NCBI GenBank assembly: GCA_963621875.1
Contig: CAVFFR010000003.1
Coordinates: 405 to 64,404 of the forward strand
DNA: 64,000 nt
Direction of reading: 5' to 3'
DNA from: Bacteroidaceae bacterium
GTDB taxonomy: Bacteria > Bacillota > Clostridia > TANB77 > CAG-508
This document shows positions 10,282-19,600 of the stretch, in pieces (position 1 is the first letter of the stretch; each line of letters begins with the position of its first letter). The translations under genes and the position numbers were made by a program. The notes beneath the pieces were generated by a model that saw only the letters and a program-made list of their open reading frames with translations, searched no databases and was not told where the DNA came from.

Positions 10282-10315
10282 TTGACTTATGATAACAAAT
10301 ATGTTATCATAGAAT
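10282..10315 (+). promoter_or_regulatory. Promoter with an embedded perfect palindromic operator for the TA operon
   Basis: TTGACT at 10282-10287. A perfect 10-bp inverted repeat pairs TATGATAACA (10288-10297) with TGTTATCATA (10302-10311). Candidate -10 elements are TATCAT and TAGAAT at 10305-10315. Confidence 0.55.
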
Positions 10316-10335
10316 ATGATATAAGGAGAGAGTTT

Positions 10336-10698
10336 ATGTACAAAGTTACAATATATCAAGATGAAAATGGAAGGAGCGAAATAGAAGAATATATAAAAAG
10401 CCTGAGTATAAAAGAAGACAAAACAAGCAAAATAAAATATAGCAAAATAATAGCGTATATAAGATTATTAAAAGAAGAAGGAATAAAAATAGGGCAACCA
10501 TATGTAAAATATATAATGGATGACATATGGGAATTAAGACCGTTAAGAGACAGAATACTATTTGCTTATTATAAAGACAATGAATTCATATTATTAAGTT
10601 TTTTCATGAAAAAGACACAAAAAGCTCCCTTAAAGGAAATTACCAAAGCTAAAAAATTATTAAAAGAGTTTAAGAAAAGGAGGAATAATAATGAATAA
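10336..10698 (+). CDS. Type II toxin, RelE/ParE superfamily (HigB / phage Gp49-like)
   Basis: About 120 aa from ATG 10336, with RBS AAGGAGAG upstream. The motif WELRP...RILFAYY..NEFILLSFFMKKTQKAP is typical of Gp49/HigB-like toxins. The gene overlaps the downstream HTH gene by 8 nt. Confidence 0.75.
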   Translation: MYKVTIYQDENGRSEIEEYIKSLSIKEDKTSKIKYSKIIAYIRLLKEEGIKIGQPYVKYIMDDIWELRPLRDRILFAYYKDNEFILLSFFMKKTQKAPLKEITKAKKLLKEFKKRRNNNE

Positions 10699-10984
10699 AA
10701 GCTTTAAAACTTGGGAAGAAGTTGAAAAAGAATTAAACATTACACCAGAACAAGAAGCTGAAATTCAATTAGAAATGGATATAATAAAAGCTACAGTAGA
10801 AGCTAGAAAAAAGAGAGGTTTTACTCAAAGAGAATTAAGTGAAAAAAGTGGAGTGAAGCAACCAATAATTGCACGAATAGAAAAAAACGTTAATTCCCCA
10901 CAAGTGTCTACACTTATGAAATTGTTATATTCAATGGGCTATACACTAAAAGTAGTACCATTAGAAGATATAAAAAACAAATAA
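10691..10984 (+). CDS. XRE-family HTH antitoxin (HigA-like)
   Basis: 97 aa. The HTH is FTQRELSEKSGVKQPIIARIEKN. The toxin-first gene order is typical of HigBA. Confidence 0.75.
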   Translation: MNKSFKTWEEVEKELNITPEQEAEIQLEMDIIKATVEARKKRGFTQRELSEKSGVKQPIIARIEKNVNSPQVSTLMKLLYSMGYTLKVVPLEDIKNK

Positions 10985-10991
10985 AACAAAA

Positions 10992-11023
10992 ATACAAGCT
11001 AAAAACAATAGCTTGTATTTTTT
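10992..11023. terminator. Bidirectional terminator shared by the TA operon and the tRNA gene
   Basis: ATACAAGCT (10992-11000) pairs with AGCTTGTAT (11010-11018). A-runs and T-runs lie on either side. Confidence 0.7.
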
Positions 11024-11027
11024 AAGT

Positions 11028-11103
11028 TGGTTGCGGAGGATAGACTCGAACTACCGACCTTTGGGTTATGAGCCCAACGAGCTGCCAACTGCTCCACTCC
11101 GCG
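11028..11103 (-). tRNA. Initiator tRNA-fMet (anticodon CAT)
   Basis: The reverse complement reads CGCGGAGTGGAGCAGTTGGCAGCTCGTTGGGCTCATAACCCAAAGGTCGGTAGTTCGAGTCTATCCTCCGCAACCA. It has a C1xA72 mismatch, three G-C pairs closing the anticodon stem (GGG/CCC), a CAT anticodon and an encoded CCA. It closely resembles the E. coli tRNA-fMet sequence as I recall it. Confidence 0.9.
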
Positions 11104-11122
11104 ATATTTAATAACTTATATT

Positions 11123-11151
11123 AGTATACAGCATATAAAGAACAATGTCAA
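11123..11151 (-). promoter_or_regulatory. SigmaA-type promoter for the tRNA-fMet gene
   Basis: On the minus strand: TTGACA (11151-11146), a 17-nt spacer, then TATACT (11128-11123), about 20 nt upstream of the tRNA 5' end. Confidence 0.55.
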
Positions 11152-11542
11152 TACATTAAACAAAATTTTTCTAATAATTAGACGACAAAAAATACATAAA
11201 ACGAAAAAATTAAAAGAGCTTGCAAAACTTAGGGAAATAAAGACTTTTTGGAAAAGAGTAAAAAATATCACAAACACAAAGAGTATACATAATTCGACAA
11301 TAAAAAGAGAAAAACCTTACAACTCTAGACTTTTATATAAACTAAAAAATGAAGAACAAAAAGCAAACTCGAAATACTAATACAAAAAATGTAATAGAAA
11401 CTTAATAAATGTCGAAGAAAGTGCTTCCGCAAGGGAGTTTGAAATAGGTAAAAGAATGCAAGAAAAAACATATTGAAAAAAAAATAAAAGAATGCAATAA
11501 TGAGATAACTAAAGATAATACATATAATTTTTAGCAAAAGCA

Positions 11543-11571
11543 TTGAAAAATGCTTAAAAATAGCGTATAAT
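11543..11571 (+). promoter_or_regulatory. SigmaA-type promoter for the giant surface-protein genes
   Basis: TTGAAA (11543-11548), a 17-nt spacer, then TATAAT (11566-11571). Confidence 0.55.
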
Positions 11572-11604
11572 AGAGTTATGAGTGAAAATAAAGGAGGAAC
11601 AAAA

Positions 11605-14600
11605 ATGCAACAAAAAATTATCAAAACAATTTCAACACTACTAGCAATAGTATTACTATATGCTAATTCAGCAGCAGTTGTAAGCTATGCAGTAGATGAA
11701 CTTTTAACAGCACAAGAACTTGAAAAACAAAAAACGACAACAAATAACTCAAACGTAGAGTTTGATGTTTACTACGAAGGAGGTAGCCATACAGGCAATT
11801 TAGATATTACCTCAGAGAGTAACAAGTTAAATTTAAAATTAAAAGTTAAAGACACTGGATATCTAAAAGATGCTACAGTGACTTTTAATGATGCAAACTT
11901 TAAAATATCTGATGACGGAACAAACTCAGACAGAATAAAAGAATTTAATTCAGACACAAACTTAATCAAATTTAATCAGATAAACGCAGAAGAAGAAGTT
12001 GTAAAATCATTAAACTTAGCAATTAAACAAGAAGAAAAAGTTAGCCAAAACATAATGAACAAAGATAATAAAATAACTTTAAATGCAACATATGTTAATT
12101 CAAAGGGTAATGAGGAGTCAGTTTCAAAAGATATAATGATCAACACAAACTGGAACCTAAAATCAGAAGATAAAGATCAATCAAAAGCAGTATTAGATTA
12201 TGAGCAACTAGCATTTGTTCCATATGAAATAAACAATACAAAAAAATTAATTGTACAAGCCAACATAACATCAAAAATTGAAGGAGTATCTTTACCAATT
12301 GAAAGTACAACCATAGAAGTAGATGTTAAGAAAATAAACAATGAACTTCCAGAAGAAGTTATAGTTATGGCAAGAAAAACATCTGCAACAAATGGCGATG
12401 GAGATGGAGTAAGCTTTACAAAAGCAAATTATAATTACGATAAAACAGCTGGAAAGACAACAATAAACATTGCAAACAATGCAAATAGCGAAGGAAATAT
12501 AAGCTGGCAAAAAAATACATCTGATGATTTTGTAGTAACCTACATATATTCAGAAGATGTGTTAAATGCGGTAAAAGACCAAAAAACAAAAGTAGAATTT
12601 TCAGCAAATTCTAAAATAAGCATATATCATGGAAATGATGGAGTAACAGGATTTACAGCAAATGTAAGTGGATACCAAGAATATATAGATAAAACAGGAA
12701 ATATTATAGAATTTGAAGTTGGAGTACCAGCAAATACTCAACTAAATAAAGGCTATATGTATAACAACAAAACTACAGCAGAAGAAAACAAAAAAGAAAC
12801 AAAATTTACAGTTAATTATGTAGCAAAAATATTATATTCAAATATAGCTGACGAAGTAGTAATAAACCAAGACGAAGATAAATTTGTAACAGCAGACAAT
12901 ACAGAGATTTCTGCATCAACAAACACATACAATACAAGAATTGCAATACAAAAAACTGAATTTGTAAAAATACTTGGAGAAGAAGGAACTGTAACAGTCT
13001 TAAATGGAGAAGAAGAAATTGCTGTAATAAACAAAGACTCTGAAAGCGATGGCTGGCTTGTAGCAAATCTTAACAATGTAAACAAAATATCATTAAAAAC
13101 AAGCAAACCACAAACAGAAGGACTTCTATATATATCAGTTGATAAAGCAATACAAACAGAAACATCATACACAACAGAACAAATACAAAAATTCGCAAAA
13201 CTAAAAACTTCAGCAACACAAATAGTAAAAAGTGGAAACGAAGAAGTAACATCAAACACACAAACATCAGAAATAACTTTAGTAGAACCAACACAAAAAG
13301 CAAACATAAAACTAAGCAAAGACACATTATCAACAATAATAAAAAATGAAGATGTAGAAATAAATGTTACATTAGAAAACGATAGTATAGATGATATTAT
13401 GTTCAAACAACCAACAGTTAAAATAGACTTACCAACAAACATAGAAACATTAGAAGTAAAATCATCAGAATTATACTTTGATGAGGAACTTTCTATAAAA
13501 GAAACAAAAGGTGTAGAAAATGCTGATGGTACAAAATCTATTATAGTAACATTAGATGGCACTCAAACAAAATATAACAATGTTGCAGCAAAAGGCGCAA
13601 CAATAAAACTAAACACAAACATAACATTAAACAAACTAACACCAACAACAGATACACAAGTAAAATTAACAGTACAAAGTGATGACAATACAATAGAAGG
13701 AAGTGCAAACATAAAATATGTTGCACCAGTTGGAATAGTAACAACAAATTCTGTAACAGGATATAATGAAGAAAACAGCGAATTAACTGTAATATCAGGA
13801 GAAGGAAAAACTGCAATAATAAAAACAAACACAGAGGCAAGACAAGCAACATATACAATGAATGTAATAAACAATTACACAAACACATTAGACAATGTAG
13901 TAGTTCTAGGAAGAACTCCATTTGCAGGAAATAAAGACTTAGCAAACAATAATGAATTAGGATCAAATATAGACTTAACATTAGCAACAGGAATAACAGT
14001 ATCAAATATAGATACTTCAAGAATAACAGTATATTATTCAGAAAATGGAGAAGCTACAACAGACCTAAACAATGCAAACAATGGATGGAACACAAGTGCT
14101 TCTGATATGAGCAAAGTAAAATCATATATGATAGCACTATCAGGAACAATGAATATTGGAGAGATGTTTACATTCTCATACAAAGCAAATATACCAGCAA
14201 ATCTAGAACACGAAAAATCAGCATACGAAACATATGCAATGTTCTTTACAAACAACAAACCAGAAGGCTCAATATCAGATAAAGCATATGCAAGCACAAT
14301 AGGGCTTACAACAGGAACAATACCAAAGTTAACAGCAAGCTTAAGCTCTGATATAGCAGACGGAGCATCAGTACAAAGCGGAACACTATTAAAATATAAA
14401 TTAACAGTAGAAAATGAAGGCTCAGAAGACTCAACAGATGCAACATTAACAATACCACTTGACTCATCAATAACATATGTGGAAAAAGACGAAAGTTCTA
14501 CAAATGGTTACAAAGAAGTATATGATACAATAAAAACAATTACAGATGAAGAAAGCGGAACAACCAGTTATGTTCTAACATTAAAATTAGACACAATAAA

Positions 14601-16605
14601 AGCAAAATCAAAATTAGAAAAAGAAATATGGTTATTAACACAAACTTCATCAGAAGAAAAAGAACTTTCTATAACAGGAACAGTTACATATAAAGAGAAT
14701 TTAACTGCTGTAACAAACACTCTAAATGTAAAATTAGCTGCAAAATATTTTAATATATCACTTCAATCACAACAAAGTAAATTAAAAGAAGATGAACAAT
14801 ATCTAGTAGGAATATTCTTAAATGCCATAGATGTTCATAAAGAAATAAAAATAGATGATAATGTGTTACAAGAAGAAAAAATAATGCATAATACAAAAGT
14901 CACAATAAATCTACCAGAAGAGTTGACTTTAGTGAAAGTGGAAAAACAAAAGAATGAGGACATAACTTCAAATGTATTAAATGATGGTAATAAAATAACA
15001 ATAGAAGTTGGAAATATACAAGATGATAATTCCATTAAATATACATTAACATTTATGCCAAAAATAAAACAGCAAGATGTATATTCTAAAGATATATCAT
15101 TAATTGCAAAAATAAAAGCAGATGAATCTTCAGAAGAACAAAGTAAGCCACTTACAGCAGTTATAGGAAAACCTGCAATAACAGTAGAGCAAACATCTAA
15201 TATACCAAGTACAGTAGCAATAAATGCAACAGAAGAATTTACATATAGATTTGAGATAAAAAATATATCATCAATAGATGTTACTGGAATAAAACTAACA
15301 GATCACTTACCAAAAGAATTAGTTTACAAAAATATTAAAACAACATATGAAGGAGTTACACCAGAAATAACAACTAACAAGGATAATGAAGGCAACCCTG
15401 TAGTTGGAATCACTGTACTTGAGCCGGGAGCTACTGTAATAGTAGAAGTAAATGCTTTAGCAAACAGAGTGGATGAAGATACAACAATAACAAATAAAGC
15501 TATAATAACACAAGACAAAATAGGAACAATAGAAACAAATGAAATAAAAAATACAATTAAAAAATATTCTCCAAATACAAATCCAGACCCAGATAATCCA
15601 GATGTACCAGTAGGAACAGTACAAAAAATAATAGGAACAGTATGGGTAGACGCAAACGGAAATGGAGAAAAAGAACAAGGGGAAACAAAAGTTTCAGGAA
15701 TAACAGTATTGTTATTAAACAATAATACTGGAAAAATAGCAAAACAAACAGTAACAGCCGAAAACGGAATGTATGCTTTTGATGGAGTAGTAAAAGGAAA
15801 ATACACAGTAATATTCTTATATGATTCATCAAACTATAGTGCAACAAAATATCAAGCACAAGGAGTATCAACTTCTTCAAACTCAGATGCACTAGACAAA
15901 CTAATAGAATATGAAGGAAAACAAGTAACAGCGGGAGTAACAGAAGAAATAATAATAGAAAAAGAAAACAAATATGATGTAGACTTTGGAATTGTAGAAG
16001 ATGCCAAATTTGATTTAAAACTAGATAAAGTAGTATCAAAAATAACAGTAAACAATAAAAAAGGCTCAACAGAGCACAACTATGATAAAAACTTTGCAAA
16101 AATAGACTTTGAATCAAAATATGTAGACTCATCAACAATGATAGTAGAATACAAAATAACAGTAACAAACGAAGGAGCGGTTCCAGGATATGCAAAAAAA
16201 GTTGCAGACTACTTACCAAGCGAATTAAAATTTAATAGTGAATTAAATACAGACTGGTACGAAGGAAAAGACGGAACAATATATAATGCATCACTAGCAA
16301 ATACAATAATAAATCCGGGAGAAAGCAAGGAATTAAAATTAATCTTAACAAAGAGTATGACACAAGAAAGCTTTGGACTAATAACAAACAAAGCAGAAAT
16401 ATACGAGGCTACAAACGATTATGGACTTGCAGATATGGACTCAGTTCCAGGAAACCAATCAACAAATGAAGATGATTACTCAATAGCAAATGTTTTAACA
16501 GGAGTTAAAACAGGTGAAGCAGTAATATATATTACATTAGCAATAACAATAATAACAATTATAGGAGTTGGAACCTATATAATTAGAAAGAAAGTAATAA
16601 AATAG
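11605..16605 (+). CDS. Giant surface protein with DUF11-type repeats, an SdrD-B/Cna-B-like domain and a C-terminal sorting-signal-like anchor
   Basis: AAAGGAGG precedes ATG 11605 (the track start 11578 is less likely). The signal peptide is IKTISTLLAIVLLYANSAAVVSYA. DUF11-like segments include GTLLKYKLTVENEGSEDSTDATLTIPL and EEFTYRFEIKNISSIDVTGIKLTDHLPKEL. The SdrD-B-like segment is GTVWVDANGNGEKEQGE..VSGITVLL...ENGMYAFDGVVKGKYTV. The C-terminus is GVKTGE, then a 23-aa hydrophobic stretch, then RKKVIK. Confidence 0.85.
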   Translation: MQQKIIKTISTLLAIVLLYANSAAVVSYAVDELLTAQELEKQKTTTNNSNVEFDVYYEGGSHTGNLDITSESNKLNLKLKVKDTGYLKDATVTFNDANFKISDDGTNSDRIKEFNSDTNLIKFNQINAEEEVVKSLNLAIKQEEKVSQNIMNKDNKITLNATYVNSKGNEESVSKDIMINTNWNLKSEDKDQSKAVLDYEQLAFVPYEINNTKKLIVQANITSKIEGVSLPIESTTIEVDVKKINNELPEEVIVMARKTSATNGDGDGVSFTKANYNYDKTAGKTTINIANNANSEGNISWQKNTSDDFVVTYIYSEDVLNAVKDQKTKVEFSANSKISIYHGNDGVTGFTANVSGYQEYIDKTGNIIEFEVGVPANTQLNKGYMYNNKTTAEENKKETKFTVNYVAKILYSNIADEVVINQDEDKFVTADNTEISASTNTYNTRIAIQKTEFVKILGEEGTVTVLNGEEEIAVINKDSESDGWLVANLNNVNKISLKTSKPQTEGLLYISVDKAIQTETSYTTEQIQKFAKLKTSATQIVKSGNEEVTSNTQTSEITLVEPTQKANIKLSKDTLSTIIKNEDVEINVTLENDSIDDIMFKQPTVKIDLPTNIETLEVKSSELYFDEELSIKETKGVENADGTKSIIVTLDGTQTKYNNVAAKGATIKLNTNITLNKLTPTTDTQVKLTVQSDDNTIEGSANIKYVAPVGIVTTNSVTGYNEENSELTVISGEGKTAIIKTNTEARQATYTMNVINNYTNTLDNVVVLGRTPFAGNKDLANNNELGSNIDLTLATGITVSNIDTSRITVYYSENGEATTDLNNANNGWNTSASDMSKVKSYMIALSGTMNIGEMFTFSYKANIPANLEHEKSAYETYAMFFTNNKPEGSISDKAYASTIGLTTGTIPKLTASLSSDIADGASVQSGTLLKYKLTVENEGSEDSTDATLTIPLDSSITYVEKDESSTNGYKEVYDTIKTITDEESGTTSYVLTLKLDTIKAKSKLEKEIWLLTQTSSEEKELSITGTVTYKENLTAVTNTLNVKLAAKYFNISLQSQQSKLKEDEQYLVGIFLNAIDVHKEIKIDDNVLQEEKIMHNTKVTINLPEELTLVKVEKQKNEDITSNVLNDGNKITIEVGNIQDDNSIKYTLTFMPKIKQQDVYSKDISLIAKIKADESSEEQSKPLTAVIGKPAITVEQTSNIPSTVAINATEEFTYRFEIKNISSIDVTGIKLTDHLPKELVYKNIKTTYEGVTPEITTNKDNEGNPVVGITVLEPGATVIVEVNALANRVDEDTTITNKAIITQDKIGTIETNEIKNTIKKYSPNTNPDPDNPDVPVGTVQKIIGTVWVDANGNGEKEQGETKVSGITVLLLNNNTGKIAKQTVTAENGMYAFDGVVKGKYTVIFLYDSSNYSATKYQAQGVSTSSNSDALDKLIEYEGKQVTAGVTEEIIIEKENKYDVDFGIVEDAKFDLKLDKVVSKITVNNKKGSTEHNYDKNFAKIDFESKYVDSSTMIVEYKITVTNEGAVPGYAKKVADYLPSELKFNSELNTDWYEGKDGTIYNASLANTIINPGESKELKLILTKSMTQESFGLITNKAEIYEATNDYGLADMDSVPGNQSTNEDDYSIANVLTGVKTGEAVIYITLAITIITIIGVGTYIIRKKVIK

Positions 16606-16618
16606 GAGGGAGGTAAAA

Positions 16619-19600
16619 ATGAGTATAAAACAAAGTAAAATAACTAAATTTATAAAAACGCTTATAGCACTAGTTATTATATTAGCAAGTTCACTAAATT
16701 TTGCAAAAGTGGTTAGAGCTACTTGGAGCGTTGAATCATATATGCTTACAGGTACGTCGTTGGGTGTAATGCCTATAACGGATGGAACATACTGGTATTT
16801 TTGCAAGGACAGAGGAAAAATGTTGAGAACAGGAACTTTCGATGTAAAAACATATTATGCAGATGATTTTGCGATAGTAGAAGCAAGTGGAATGAGATAT
16901 ATGGACGAATGCATAGAGTCGGGTTTGGTTCCAAAAGCAGAAAAGATACTAAATGCACAATTAAGTGCGTTACAAGATAATAAAGGCTGGTCTGGCGATA
17001 TGGTAGATAACAGAGAGGAGATACTTTCTAATACCAAGTATAATGTAAATAAAAAGGTTCAGATATTTACAGATGGAGCAAAATTTGAAGATATTTGGCA
17101 GTTCTTAGGAGAGAGGATTAGTAATTTTATATTAAAAGATTTAGATGCTTTAGAAATATCCAAAGACTATTCTGATGATATAGATGCTGACAAGCCCGTT
17201 GAACAAGAAATTAAAACGGTAACGGTAATTGAAGATAAAGATGGAAATAGAGGTTATAATGAAAGTGGAGAAAAGACAGCTATAAATGACGCAAATTCAT
17301 ATATTTTGAATGGAACGTTTTTTAAAGATGATGTTAAGAGAAACTGGGGATACAATGAAGAAGACATACAAGTTGCTTATTGGATGAACAATGATAGGAC
17401 ACCATATCTTTATGGCCCAGAAAATTTGGGATTATCAGAAAAAGCTATGAAGAATGGGCGAAAATTATATGCAGAAGCTTTAGCTTATCAAGAATGGGTT
17501 AATGCTGGAAATGCAGATAATTATAATACATCAATGAGCAAAAAGGATACACAGATATTTGTAAATAGAAGAGACGGAGCAAGAAACGAAGATGAATATA
17601 TAATTGGACCAATATCTATAAGTTATCCATCTGCAAAAACATATGAAGATGCAACATATTCTTTACCGGAGCAACCTCATTTTTCATATATAGCTGATTT
17701 GCAGATAACCACAGATACTGGTGCAAATTTAAGCTACAGAAATGGAGATTTTCAAATATATTCAGAAAGGATGGGAAAATGTACAGGCAGTACTACTTAT
17801 CCAGATGAAACAGTATATCCAAATACAAATTATTGCCCCGAAAACGGAGAAAATTTCTACATAATATTAAATGCTTCCAAAGCAAATTATCCTAAAAAAT
17901 TGAATATACAAGCTAATTTTGAATATGTAGAAAAATCAGAAGCTAGATACATAGATTTGACTGGTGATGCGGTATTATATCAATATAAAAAACATGGAAT
18001 TGACGCTAGAGACATTGGTGTAACATACAAAGCTTCTAGAGCTTGGTGGCAAAGTATTCCGCATAAACATTCAGGATATACAGATAGTGATGGAAATTAT
18101 CATTCAGGATATACTACTTATGAAAATCATAGTGGAACTTTTACCGTTGAAATAAGTTTCCGTGTGTTCCAGCCATTCGTAAATATGTATAAAGAAGAAG
18201 AATATAAATTAGGAGATCTTTATGATGAAAAGAATGAAGTGGACAGACTTGAAGCACAACCATTAATAAGATTAATCTATACAATAATTGGTTCTCCTGA
18301 AGAGCCAACACCTCCAGAGCCAACATCTCCAGAGCCAACATCTAATGGGTCAATATCTCAGGCGTCAACATCAATAGAAATAGACCTAACCATGGAAATG
18401 GGAGGAACTGTATGGGTCGATGGAAAGAGCGGAAAAGAATCTGCACTAGATGGACAATATGGCACAGACAGTTTAGGAAATCCATCAGCCACTCAAGGAG
18501 GAACTTCAGACATACCAATGTCAGGAGTAACGGTAAAATTACATCAACTAGATCATACAGGAGCAGAAAGTATAGTAGACGAAACAAAAACAGACGGAAA
18601 AGGAGAATACCTATTCAAAGAACTAAATGCACAATATCAATACTATATAGAATTTGTTTATAATGGACAATATTATGAACCAACAAAACACAAAGCAACA
18701 AACGCTACAGATACAAACGAATCAAGAGGTTTAGACTTCTTATCAGACAAACAAAGCATTAATAGTACATATTATAATTTTGAGGTAGATATAGAAGGAA
18801 GAGCATCATTTAATGTTAAATTCGAAGAAATCGCATCAACGCCAAATAACTATAAAACAAAAGGCGGAGATTATGCAGAAGTATTTACAAGAGACTATCT
18901 AAGAGAAAATGGATTTATAGACGAATTTGGAAATCCAGCAGGAGGAGCACCACAATATGTAAGAGATTGCTTAATGTCAGCATTTACAATGGACGACGCA
19001 AGTGGTGACAAATTAGAAGTAAAAGATGGAGATAAAAATCCAGTACAAAAAACAGAAGACAAGAGAAATATAGAATTTTATCCAAGAGATAGTAGATTTG
19101 TAATTGATGAAATGCTAAATACAATAAACCAAAAAAGTTTGGCAACAGATAGTCAAAATGTAGCAATAAGCACATATACACCAGTATATAGTGAAGAATA
19201 CAACATCAAAGAAATAAATCAAGGATACGCTGAAAGACAAGAGTCAGATGTAGCTTTAAGCAAAGATGTATACAAAGTTGTACAAGAAATAAACGGAAAA
19301 ACAGAAACATACAAATATAATAAGAGAGAAGCAACACAAGATGCAGATAAATGTTGGACAGTAGAAACAAGAATAGAAAGTCAATACTATAACAAAGGAT
19401 ATACAAGAGAAATATACAGAGAAGACTGGATATATCAAGCAGAAGACACAGTAATAACAGATTTAGGAGGAACATTAAAAGATCCAAAAACAGAGTTAGA
19501 AATATTTGTAACATATAGAGTAAGAATACGTAACTTATCAGACTCTTTAGGAGTAAGAATAACAGAGATTGTAGATTACTATGATGAAGACTTTACCCCA

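Noticed and set aside
10282-10335. Track start (TTG 10282) that would give the toxin an 18-aa N-terminal extension.
   Set aside because: That TTG is the TTGACT -35 hexamer, and the extension would be translated from the palindromic operator. The ATG at 10336 has a proper RBS and gives a typical toxin length.
12816-13562. 248-aa minus-strand ORF, plus many other 60-220-aa antisense ORFs inside the giant surface-protein genes (e.g. 13541-14020, 15324-15806, 15557-16219, 20032-20349, 21780-22139).
   Set aside because: These ORFs are fully nested antisense to long, motif-bearing + strand genes. Their translations are S/F/L/C/V low complexity, as expected from the reverse complement of A-rich codons. 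They have no RBS or motifs.
16480-16605. Canonical LPXTG sortase signals in the two giant proteins.
   Set aside because: No LPXTG is present. Only GVKTG and MPPFGQ precede the hydrophobic tails, so they are reported as non-canonical rather than as standard sortase A substrates.
18412-18663. 83-aa + strand alternative-frame ORF rich in Arg/Lys inside the 1,857-aa gene.
   Set aside because: It is an out-of-frame overlap within a continuous domain-bearing ORF, and its basic low-complexity translation is typical of a frame-shifted A/G-rich sequence.
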